Assembly: GCA_002269645.1 (NCBI GenBank)
Contig: NIVC01001748.1
Location: 1-64,000 of the forward strand
Direction of reading: 5' to 3'
DNA from: Macrostomum lignano
Lineage: Eukaryota
Length of the DNA: 64,000 nucleotides
The translations under genes were made by a program, and so were the position numbers. Numbering within the stretch: the first letter of the stretch is position 1; the number at the start of each line of letters is the position of its first letter. This document shows, one piece after another, positions 20,839 to 32,300 of this stretch. The notes under the pieces were generated by a model that had not been told where the DNA came from, ran no database searches, and was given only the letters and a program-made list of their open reading frames with translations.

Positions 20839-21145
20839 CTCGCCTAATCTGTTAATGGACAAGACAGCTCGAACAAAATCTGTAAAAACTGTGTCACAAT
20901 GACCAATTTGTCGTTTTCGAATATACATATGATCTGCTAATCCTAAAGCAGAGAACAGAAATCCTCGAAAAGCTATTGACTCAGACTATTGGAATTGCCG
21001 ATAGTTTTATAAAACTCAAGGCAACAATGAAATCGTTGTTCTCTGGCGATGGGATGTCAAATCGTTTCATGACTGCTTTTCTTGGTGTTGCTTTGGCCAA
21101 TCGCTGCTTACATTAATGAAGCCTGATCTTTTTCAGAGCTTTTCG

Positions 21146-21440
21146 TATATACTCAGCAACATTGAAAAGTCGCCACCCATAATTGCTCCACTGATCGCAG
21201 TGTCTTTCACCAGAGTCCATCATCTGGCCAACCATTTTGATATTCAAAAATGCTTGAAAAAATAACAATGAAAACCGGGCGGAAGCTTCAATCCATCCAA
21301 TCTTCGCCCTCCCTTCTTCCCAATTCCTTCTCACCCAGGCCAACTCTGCGTCGGTCAACTCAATAGTCAATTAACTGAGCTAGAATTTACTGCGCACTCT
21401 CAAAGCTGGCAACTCTTTTTAATGTTGTTGAGTATACGTA
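21146..21440. repeat. Dispersed repeat, CpG-intact copy; the second copy is at ~27626-27918
   Basis: Shared blocks: ACTCAGCA.CATT.AAAGT.GCCACCC, CATCTGGCCAACCAT, GAAGCTTCAATCCATC and AGCTAGAATTTA.TGC.CACTC. Confidence 0.85.
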
Positions 21441-21699
21441 TGTACATGTATGAACCAAATATAACAAATGTGACGTCTCATCGCTGGTTCCGGTACTTAA
21501 GATAGTAGGTTGAACCAATTTAATGTTTTAGGCTAAACCATTAGACCAGCAACGTAAATGTAAATAGAATTGATATTCGCAGAAGGCGCAACGACGTCGG
21601 TAACACGTCACACAACCATAGCTGTGACGGCAATTCTGCCCAATCCGCACATACAAGAGCTCCAATACTGTAGGCAGGCGCGCACATGCTGTATACACA

Positions 21700-21890
21700 C
21701 ACGCTCACACTGCAGGGTCTACCGCGGCCCTGGAAGTGACTTTCTAATCGTCAAGGTTTACACTTTCTGTGCCTGCTGGTTGGTCCTCGGGGGGTTAAAT
21801 TGCACGCAAAATCCAAATTAATTTGACCGACCGCGCACCGAATCGAACCAGGGCCCAGGTCGTGGCGCCTATCGTGGAAATACAGCTAGT
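21700..21890 (-). mobile_element. Putative tRNA-derived SINE; related copy at ~35500-35700 (+)
   Basis: B-box-like GGTTCGATTCGG on the minus strand. Both copies share ATTAATTTG, GTGCAATT.AAC, GAGGACCAACC and GGCACAG..AAGTGTA. Confidence 0.4.
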
Positions 21891-23085
21891 CTGAGTGTAA
21901 ATGTACTTTGATTAAATAAATTTGTATTGCAGCATCTGAGACTTGCATATGCAATTCGAATCAAATCTGATTAAGGGACGGAAAGGATCAAAATTAAAAA
22001 CACGGCTCGTGCAAACGATCTCACGAATCTTAATCTTCTACATGTAGTTTATGCAGGCAATTACATATCGCAACTGGAAAGAAAAAGGATAAAATTTCAG
22101 GCCACTCGTACAAGCTTAATAATATACATGCATATGAAACCTATATACACAACAGAATAGGTCGTAGATCACCGAGACCTGAAAAGTACATGCATGTTAT
22201 GCACTGTACGTGTACATGCGCACGGTAAATTACAGCTTTATATGTATACTGTACATTCATATAAAATTCTGAAACAGCTGGAACGTGTCAGAGTACATGT
22301 TTAAATAATACTTCCTGTCAATGTACCTCTATAAATATTGTACTACAGTGCACAGTAATGTACATGTACATCATTAGCCGCGTTTTAATTGGAAGATTTC
22401 AACGTCGGTTGGCGCATGTAATTTAACCCTATAGTGGTCGTAATAGGAATTTTCAATAAATCATGCAGATGAGCGCTATAATTTTATATATTGCATATTA
22501 TATTGCATTTATATTACTTAAAATGTAATTAAATACATGTACCTACTACATGTTACAGCTAAAGACCTGCATGAGTGTCGAGACATTATTGAAAGCATGC
22601 ATGCATGCAACCACTGCAGTACACAGTACATGTAAACTGAAGCAAAAATTGCGTCTAGCCACTCAAACAGTGGGGCCCAATATTAAAAAAAGCTTTTGAG
22701 TGCGCCTATTAAAATACCCCGCCACACATATGATTTGTAGCTCGATCTCTATTATAAAAAGAAACATTGCTGCATATACATGTACGTAACATGTACTGTG
22801 AATAAGCTGACCAGTGGCGGCGCAGGGGGGAGGCAAGGGGATGTGACCATCTCTTTAACAAAAAATTCTGAAAGTATGCGCAACGCCACGAGAATTTTTT
22901 TTCTCGTAGGGGTAGGGGGCAGGGGGGTGGATGACCACCCAATCACTCGCCCCCCCCCCCCCCCCCCTAACTGAAGGTGCTGCGCCGCCACTACTGATAC
23001 TGACTAGTACTGTGTGTGGTGCAGTATGGACAGGCGAAGAAAATTTTTTTCATATTAAAATCAGTAGTAGTATTTCAATTTAAAC

Positions 23086-25830
23086 TAGTAGTAGTAGTAG
23101 TAGTAGTAAGAGAATTTGGCTCAGGCAATTAGCCTGTTTGGCCAATATATTATAGAGCTATGTATTTGGAATTTTCGAATATAGAAGTTTATAAAGACGA
23201 TTTGACGACGATTTGCTGCGAAGTTATTGTAAAAGATAAAGTATTTGAAAGCGCGCCAGAATTTTTACGGTATTTTTAGACGAAAAGTGACAACGAGTAT
23301 AAATATTAATACAAAAATGAGTACAAATTACGAGGTATAGCTTTAATTGCGAGATTACTTTGGTAAGCGAGTTTGTAAAAAAAAAAAGATGTAGTATTTT
23401 TGAAAGCGCGTGATATTTCAAAGCGTGAAAAACGAACATAAACAATACTTCGAAAGAATTTTACGTTTAACGAATAACGACGATTTAAATATAGGAAATT
23501 AAAAAAGACAGTAAATGAATAAACAACTGAAAAGCGGATTTGTTACACTGCTGATGTATCTGATTCAGTTTGTTTAACTGTTTTAGCTATTCATGACTTC
23601 ATATATTTTAGCTACACCAGTGAGCTCTTTTCTGACTCTTTTTTCATTTGTAGCATATCCTATCTTGTGTATTTGATTGCTATTTAAGAGGTATTGACAG
23701 AAGTATTTTTTCCTGATCTCTTCAGTTTGTGGACATTCGGTCAAGTAGTGTAGAATGTCAGAACCATTTCGCGCTCCACACATTTTACATGGTTCTTGAG
23801 AAAAAAAGTTGGGTGTAATCTCGCATTTCAGTTTTAGGAGGGTTGTTAAGAATTTTTTGTTTCTAAATGTACATGGAAAGAAATCTGAAAGGTCGGGCCT
23901 GCAGATTTTTTTGTAGAGATAGGCGTTTTTGTAGAATTTAATATGTTGCTGATTCTCTAGCTTTTGGCTAAGTTCTCTTTCTCTGTGTATCTTGAGGTGC
24001 TTTTTCACTAGGTATTTCTCGTTATTAAAGCTTTGGGAAAGTTTATCTTCAGTTTGTGCTTTTAGGTCTATACTTTCTAGTTTCTTTAGTACATTCATTT
24101 TCCATGGATTTTTTTGGCCGTTGTTTGAGTAGAAAATTTCTAGAGTCGTTTGGCAGAGTTTTTTGTGTCTAATCTTCAGCCAGTAGATGAGGTAGGTTTT
24201 AGCGATTCGTTGAGAGATTGGAGTAAGCTCAAGTTCTGATGATACCACACTGTTGCTAGCAAATTTTGGTAGATTGAGGAGATATTTGTAGAATTTCAGC
24301 TGAATATTATCAATAGCTTTTGTATCAGACATGGTAGCCAGAGGGCCCCAGAGCTCACAACCGTAAGTGATAACGGGGGTAACAAGCGCGTCAAATAGTC
24401 TGCGAATGAGTGTGATGTCTAGGGACGTATTCTTTACCCTATGGAGTAGGGAAAACATGGCTGTATATCCCTGCTTAGTTTGGTGTTCAATACATTTTTT
24501 AAAGCTGTTTTTTGGTTCAAAAATAATTCCCAGGTATTTAAATTCATTTACTTCCTCTATTTCTTGGTTGTCGTAGTATATTTTTGTAGCAATGCTTTCT
24601 GTGTCGTTTTTTTGTCTGGTATTGCCCTGCATGAACTTTGTTTTGCTTGCGTTTACTTTCAAGTAATTTTGTTTGCAGTAATTTTCCATAGTCGTAAATG
24701 TGTCTTGAAGTTCGTCTTTGTTTTTAGCTAGAATGGCTTGATCGTCTGCAAAGAGTAGGATGAGTGGGAAAGCAGATCTCGTAAGAGAGCGCCTAGCGCT
24801 AGAGAGTTCAAGATATTCAACAATGTCGTCAATATATCGTTCAAAAAGGATGGTAGAGAGAGGGTTGCCTTGAAGAACACCTTTAGATATTGGGATTGGC
24901 TGGGTTTCATCATCATCATCATCATTTTTTAGAATGAAGCAGGCATTTTTATGCATGTTCTTGATAAGTTCCGTCATTTGACCTTTAATACCCTGGTTAT
25001 CCGTTTTGTGCCAAAGGGTTGGTTGATTTAAGCTATCGAAGGCTTTTTCATAGTCAACAAATCCAATAAAGAGTTCTTCTTTGTTGTAGATGGATTGGTT
25101 TATAATGTTGTAAAGATTAAAACATTGGTCGATTGTGCTGTGATTGGGCTTGAAACCGTATTGGTACTTTGATATAAGATTGTTTGCGTATGCTAGGTTT
25201 TCGAGTCTGGATTTAATAATTTGGCAAAAGAGCTTGCCAAGAATTGGTTGAATGCAGATTCCTCTGTAATTGTTGGGGTCGGCACTGCTGCCTTTGTTTT
25301 TATAAATCGGATGAAGTGTATTTGTTATCCAACTAGTTGGGAAGGTTCCTTGTTTGAGTGCTTCGTTGAAAAGTGAGCATAGGAGGTCAGCAAGTTCGTT
25401 CTCGAGGTATTTAAGTGTTTCTACATATACTTTATCGTGCCCAGGTGCTTTGTCGGTTTTGAGCTTTTTAATATGTTTTATAACTTCTTCTTTGGTGAAT
25501 GGGGCATTGAAATCCTCTAAATCAGCCAGAATAGGGTTGTCAAGGTGAAGATTGTATGATAGTCTAATGCTGCTGTCTTGTTCAGTTACAAGATTTTGAA
25601 AGTGTATGATAAATTTTTCATCAATTGTTACTCTGTTGTTTGAGGGATTTGGTGTTTTTAATAAGTTCCAAAGTTGTTTTGTATCGTTTTGAATAAAGGC
25701 TTGGTTGATCATGTTGTCTGCACAGAGAGTTGTTTCAAATTTCCATGAAGTGAGCTTTTTTTCGTATGCTTTTTTGAGTTGTACTTTGCTTGAGAGGTTG
25801 TTGGGTATCTAGAGTCGCGGAGTGTTCACT
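23086..25830 (-). mobile_element. 5'-truncated non-LTR retrotransposon (LINE; CR1/L2/RTEX-like, clade not resolved) with a (TAC)n tail
   Basis: The RT ORF starts without an endonuclease domain. A ~470-nt 3' UTR is followed by a (TAG)7 run at 23086-23108 on the + strand. Confidence 0.85.
23583..25712 (-). CDS. LINE reverse transcriptase (709 aa from ATG; the frame is open 32 codons further upstream)
   Basis: KAPGHD, PIYKNKG...NYRGI, QYGF, FVDYEKAFDS, GVLQG..LS, LLFADD, FKYLG, YGCELWG and a C-terminal CxxC...HxxxxC. Confidence 0.95.
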   Translation of the reverse strand: MINQAFIQNDTKQLWNLLKTPNPSNNRVTIDEKFIIHFQNLVTEQDSSIRLSYNLHLDNPILADLEDFNAPFTKEEVIKHIKKLKTDKAPGHDKVYVETLKYLENELADLLCSLFNEALKQGTFPTSWITNTLHPIYKNKGSSADPNNYRGICIQPILGKLFCQIIKSRLENLAYANNLISKYQYGFKPNHSTIDQCFNLYNIINQSIYNKEELFIGFVDYEKAFDSLNQPTLWHKTDNQGIKGQMTELIKNMHKNACFILKNDDDDDETQPIPISKGVLQGNPLSTILFERYIDDIVEYLELSSARRSLTRSAFPLILLFADDQAILAKNKDELQDTFTTMENYCKQNYLKVNASKTKFMQGNTRQKNDTESIATKIYYDNQEIEEVNEFKYLGIIFEPKNSFKKCIEHQTKQGYTAMFSLLHRVKNTSLDITLIRRLFDALVTPVITYGCELWGPLATMSDTKAIDNIQLKFYKYLLNLPKFASNSVVSSELELTPISQRIAKTYLIYWLKIRHKKLCQTTLEIFYSNNGQKNPWKMNVLKKLESIDLKAQTEDKLSQSFNNEKYLVKKHLKIHRERELSQKLENQQHIKFYKNAYLYKKICRPDLSDFFPCTFRNKKFLTTLLKLKCEITPNFFSQEPCKMCGARNGSDILHYLTECPQTEEIRKKYFCQYLLNSNQIHKIGYATNEKRVRKELTGVAKIYEVMNS

Positions 25831-28800
25831 TTTTTAACGTAAACGTATTAACAAAACATTATATATTTGATGCGCTTTAATCGTCAAAAGCTGTTAATAA
25901 CTGAAAAAATAAGTTTAATTAAGCTATTTAAATATTTGCATATAGATTTTAAGCGCAAAAATTTGTCTCACTTCTAACACATGAGTTTTCAAAGAAAAGA
26001 AGTTCAGAATCGATTTTCATGTCCTATGAGTTTTTGCTTGTAGCTATCTATGTTTAAGTGTTGAAGAATATGGTCAGAATATTGAGAAAATATAATCTTA
26101 ATCTTAAGTCAGGATTCACTACTAACTTTTTTAATTGTTATCTAATAATTTAAGTTAATTGTTGTGTCATGTTTGTGTTTAAGACTGGTTGATTTTTAAG
26201 TCTTATATCCCAAGCCAAGCATTATGAGTGTGTTTTGTGTGGCGCTTCAACAATAACAAAAAAGCAATCAATATACCATACTGTTGCATCTCTAATAGAT
26301 AATAGATAAGCCACACAACTAAGGCTAAGGATACACCATATACATGGAAAATCCATTTGTCATTTTACTTACTGTCTAGGAAATTAGTTTAATTTTCGCC
26401 ATTTTTACTTTGTTACCATCCCACTATTGTCATATTGATTGTATCTCTAGATAAAATTAGTCTTCTAAAATTCCTAAATTCTAAATAAGATTTTCATTAT
26501 TCAATTGTACTATTTGGTCTACTCAATAACTAACTATACAAATTTAATGTACAGCTATATGGCCCATTTATAAGATTCTTCCATTATGGGTATCTTGACA
26601 AACTATACATTGCAACTCAATGTCAATATATAGTAATATAATTAATTAATATATATATTAAGATGCAGAGGGAAGGCCCCTTGTGCGCACACACTCGCAG
26701 AACAGATGGGAGGGGCAGGCAACAACAGCCTAAGGCCGAGAGGTCAGCTCAAGTGCTTATAAGTTAGCAATGAAGCATATAACAGTTGGGGATATATTTG
26801 AAATCTTAATATTAAATCAATGTCTATATATTATCCTAATACTCTATAGAGATATATGTAAATGAATAGAGGACATTATATTTGTTGTTCAAATTTCTAA
26901 AATGATCACTTTTGGACTTAATATGTTAATATATTCATATATAGTCAATAAGCCAAATATTCCTATCAGTACATCCAAAATATCATTGGGGGCTAAATGA
27001 TAAAAGTTTAGAATGAAATTCTCTAACTAATCATATAGATATTGGCAAACCATTTTTAATATATAGATCTTAGTTTAGACTTATTGATTTTCATTTTGCA
27101 TATTATATGCATATTTTAGCATGATCTCCACTATTGATATAGGCCTTTAATATCATAAAAAATATACAGGATAAGCTAGAAATTCATACTGTAAATATTG
27201 CTTGGCAATAGTAAGTTTGTTTTTTCTATGATAATTCAATACCTTATAATATTAGCATTATACTAAAGATCATGTCATGTATAGGCCTATTAGAAATTTC
27301 TAGTATACATCTAGAATAATTGGCATATACATGGGTCATTGTGTACAAAATATATTAAAAAATTTTTTGCATACCATTTAAAATGTAGACATGCTATATG
27401 GCATATACATAAAATGAGGGTGCATTATTGAGCTAATACATTAAGCTAATAGACTAATGGACTAATGCATTAGTGCATTTTACCTAATGTGCTTAGTGTT
27501 TATACAAATAATAGGATAGCTTTTAATGTATATATAGAATAATCTTAATGGTGTTTAAAGTATAACTAAAATAAGAAAGTTTGGTATATATTGGCATTTT
27601 ATAATGTATTTTAAATCTATATTTATATACACTCAGCAGCATTAAAAGTTGCCACCCTTTGCCCTAGTGAGCAATGTTTTCAACTAGCATCTATCATCTG
27701 GCCAACCATGTTGATATTTGAAAAATGTTTGAAAAGCAATAAAAACTGGATAGAAGCTTCAATCCATCAAATCTTTGCCTTCTCCTCTTTTTAATCCCTT
27801 CTCACCTAGCCTAACTTTACATCACATGGCATAAGTTATATCATATAAAATTCAATACTAAGCTAGAATTTATTGCACACTCAAATTTGGCAACTTTTTA
27901 TGTTGTTAAGTATATATTCAAGATGATCTCCATGTTTCCTACATATTGAACATTAAAAAGTTTATAATAACAATTGAACTCTCAAATCATACTTAAAAAT
28001 TTATATTGCATTAAAAATTCTATGATTTTTTATTATGGCCTAGAAGTTAGGAAACAAATTAAATATTAAAGTGGTATACCAATAGATTTCAATATATATA
28101 AACCAAAACAAAGTGTATATTAAGCAGAAATAAGACAAAAATTTAACAATTGGCATTTATATAAATAGTTTAAGTCAATTTTTATATGCAATAGCTAATA
28201 AAAGACAATAAACAATTAATTATATTTTTTAGATTTTAATAGCTATTTTTTTAAATAATACTTTTTCAATTGCTATCTTGAATTATTATTTTTTTACTTT
28301 TGGTATGGTGTATTTCCATAAAAATCATTTAAATGATTGGCATACATTGGTATAAAAAGGTAGAAAATTGATTTGAATTTAATCATTGATATACTACGAG
28401 CGTAATATCATGATTTGGACTATTGAGCTCTAAACTTGTCTTAAATGCCTCTTATTAAAATTAAAATATGATTTATTTTTCTAAATTTTTCTAAATTTTC
28501 TAAAAAAATTTCTAAAAAAAAAAGAATATAGTATTCTTAGTATAAAATGAGAGTGACAAGAGTTGGAAAAAGAGGTGACCAAAAAGCTTTTAATTTCATG
28601 GCACATATTTTTAGGCTTTTTAAATTATATCTTATGCCATACCATGGTAGTTGTGACTTCTTTTAGAGAATTTTTCAATTCAAATTTCAAGTTTCAAGCA
28701 TTATTTTTTAAGATATCATATAACAACTACATAGTTTTTTTGTATTTTTAATAGTTTAAAAACATATAAGCTTAACTTATTTTTCTAGCTCTCTTTATAA

Positions 28801-28833
28801 AAAAAGTCACTGTCCCCTACCTACAGATACTAA

Positions 28834-29253
28834 AATAACTAGATGGGCCCACTCAGGCATATATACTTAGTAAAACAGCTTTCTACTTTCATTTCAGTAG
28901 CAAAGAAGAATACATAAGCTATTTTGTGAAACTAATGCCAGCTGAAATGAGTTTGATAAGTTTAGAAGCCCAAGCTTGCAGGTGAAAACAACTTGCTAAT
29001 TGGTTCAGCCACAATGTACATTGGCCAGTCCACTGAAATGTACATAACAGCTTCCGAATTCCGAGAAAGGCAATAAATATTTGGGCGGGGGGTAAGCGTG
29101 GAAAGACGCGGCTGGAGGGGGGTTTAAGCTGGTTGAGTTAAGAGCCATAAACGAGTCTTGGCTTTTAAAATACATTAAAATTCTTCTGTTTAACTTACTA
29201 CTGAACTGAAAGTAGCTTACACGCAAATGTGCTGATTGGCCCATCTAGTTATT
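28834..29253. mobile_element. MITE (~420 bp) with 16-bp TIRs, just upstream of ANKAR
   Basis: AATAACTAGATGGGCC (28834-28849) and GGCCCATCTAGTTATT (29238-29253). An inverted homolog lies at ~49198-49604. Confidence 0.8.
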
Positions 29254-29378
29254 CTAGGATCTGTGCTCCTACCTAAGATAGGAATTTCTCTTCACAAATA
29301 AGAGTGATATCTCTCACGAACAATTTAAATTCATGCAATAATCCAGCCTGTATAATTTTAATCGCTCCGCAAGCAACC

Positions 29379-32300
29379 ATGTCCTCGAAGGCGTCCGAAG
29401 GCAAAAAGTCGGACACGGCTGGCACAGCCGAGGACGATGTGGAGATGCAGGAAGCCAGCCGCATGGCAACAACATTTTTCGAACGATTGGAGCGCTACGA
29501 ACAGCAGGAGCTGCTGTGTTGGGCGAGCTCCAACTGGCTTCTGTCGCCAGAGTTTAAACTGCCAATCGAGCATCCATTGGGCATTGTGACCAGTGCTACA
29601 CTGGCAGATCCAGCACTGCATTTTGTCCTGCTGCCAGTGCCCGATATGCCGCATGCTCCGCTGGACTTTAAAGAAGTAAATTGATGAACTTTTTTGTTTT
29701 CGTTTAGTTATACATTCATTTCATGTTCGTTTCATTTCAGCAATTCCCTCATTGGCCTTGAGTCCTTGACATCTCAGCAATTCCCCCGTGAACCTTGACA
29801 TCTCAGCAATTACCCCCGTGAGCCTTGACATCTCAGCAATTCCCCCCGTGAGCCTTGACATCTCAGCAATTACCCCCGTGAGCCTTGACATTTCAGCAAT
29901 TCCCCACGTGAGCCTTGACATCTCAGCAATTCCCAATGAGCTTTGAGTCTTTGACATCTCATCATACCTCCGTGAGCCTTGACATCTCAGCAATTTGACA
30001 TATAAGCCATAGCTTATAATCTTATATGAATTCGATTGATACTTTAAATAAATAAAATTCCCATTAGATTAGTTACAGTCAGACCGTTTTTGAAGCACAC
30101 TGTCGCTACTGTAAGTAATAGTATCGGATTTTTAACGCAAAATTGGTTATACAAAATCATAGTAATATCAAATATCAATTGTCTCAATATCCTACTAAAA
30201 GTAAATCTTAAACACATTAACAATTAATCAATTTTATTCTAACAAAGGTGCATCAGATCATTCGCGAGCTCACCATTGGCATATTCGGCTGCAATCAGTG
30301 GCCACAGCTCGCCTTGGAAACTAATTACGATCAGGCCAGTTCGGTTCAACTGCCGCCAGCTTACGTTGATACAAAAATTGGCCAAACAATGCTGGCTGTT
30401 GATTGCGCTATTAAAAGCCTGTGGCACGGCTGTCATATGGTTAGAGAGAAGCGAGTAAAGTTTGCGGAGCGTTGGCGATCAACTTTGGCTGTTAACAGTG
30501 CCACGGGCAAGCCGGAGACATTGAAGGTCATTCTTAACGAGTTTGTGGCAGCTGGACTCACCGATGTCACTAAGGTTTGCTTAGCTATTTATGTTGCTGA
30601 TTGGGGTTCCTATTGATGATTGGGAATCTCTGTGTCGGGAATCCCTGGATTGGGGGAATCTCTGTGTCGGGAATCCCTGGATTTGGGGAATCTCTGTGTC
30701 GGGAATCCCTGGATTGGGGGGTCTCTCTATCGGGAATCCCTGGATTGGGGGAATCTCTGTATCGAGAATCCCTGCATTGGGGGAATCTCTGTGTCGGGAA
30801 TCCCTGGATTGGGGGAATATCTGTATCGGGAATCCCTGGATTGGGGAAATCTCTGTATCGGGAATCCCTGGATTTGGGGAATCTCTGTATCGGGAATCCC
30901 TGGATTGGGGATTTCTGTATCGGAAATCCCTGGATTGGGGGGATCTCTGTATCGGGAATCCCTGGATTGGGGGGTCTCTGCATCGGGAATCACTGGACTG
31001 GGGGATCTGTGCATTGGGAATCACTGGACTGGGGGATCTGTGTATCAGGAATCCCTGGATTGGGGATCTCTGTATCGGAAATCCCTGGATTGGGGAATCC
31101 ATTTATAGGGAATCCATGGATTGGGAATCTGTATCGGGAGTCCCTGGACTGGAAATCTCTGTGTCGAGAATCCCTGGATTAGGGGATCTCTGTCTCGGGA
31201 ATCCCTGGATTGGGGGATCTCTGCATCGGGAATCCCTGGATTGGGGATCTCTGCATCGGGAATCCCTAGCTTGGGGGATCTCTGTATCGGGAATCCCTGG
31301 ATTGGGGATCTCTGCATCGGGAATCCCTAGGTTGGGGGTCTCTGTATCGGGAATCCCTGGATTGGGATTCTCTGTATCGGGAATCCCTGGATTGGGGATC
31401 TCTGTATCGGGAATCCCTGGATTGGGGGATCTCTGTATCGGGAATCCCTGGATTGGGGATCTCTGGATTGGGAATCACTGTATTGGGTTTCCCTGGATCG
31501 GTGAATCCAATTGATTGTAGGGAATCTCTAGATTTCGGGGAACCAATTTGTTAATATTAGTAATCCTATAAACAGTGTGAATAGTAATCTACTTAATTTA
31601 CTTTAATATCTGGGAATCAGTAGGGAATCTCTTGCTATTGTGCGATGTAGCGGGGAATCTCTATTAATTTGGCCGAATGTTATTGATTTTTTATTAACTT
31701 TCTGTTGCCAGGAGGAAGGCTGGGAGTCTGTCTACGCCGATCTGCCAGTCGAGGATCCCAACGATCCGAAGCTGGCCAAGGATCGAAAGGCTTTCACAGA
31801 CTTGGCCGACTGCATGCGAATGTGCCTCACTATGAAGCAGCGCTCGGTGCTCTCATACAAAAATATGAGCTTTGTGGACGCCGATTGGACCGTGATGTCG
31901 CAGATCCTGCTCACTGAGGAAGAGATTGACGAAGAGGGGTGAGGGATTGTTGATTATTTATAACCATCTCAAACTCTTACGATTATTTGCGCTAAGAGCA
32001 CAACACTTCTTTCCATTTTCCCGAATCCCAAAATTATTCTTTTCCATTTTCCCTGACTCTACTAGTCTTCACAGATCCCACTTATTCTTTCCGGATCCCA
32101 AAACAAATCTTCCCAAATCCCCAATTGATTCTTCCCAAATCCCAAATTTATTCTTCTCAAATCCGAAATTGACTCTTCCCAAATCCCAAAATGATTCTTC
32201 CCAAATCCCAAAATGATTCTTCCCAAATCCCAAAATGATTCTTCCCAAATCCCAAAATGATTCTTCCCAAATCCCAAAATGATTCTTCCCAAATCCCAAA

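Noticed and set aside
21113-21370. 85-aa minus-strand ORF (MTIELTDAELAW...)
   Set aside because: It lies in a dispersed repeat, has no recognisable domain, and its second copy is degenerate.
22812-22993. Short element with 13-bp TIRs (AGTGGCGGCGCAG), hAT-like MITE
   Set aside because: The terminal base is mismatched and there is no convincing 8-bp TSD, so support is too weak to list as a feature.
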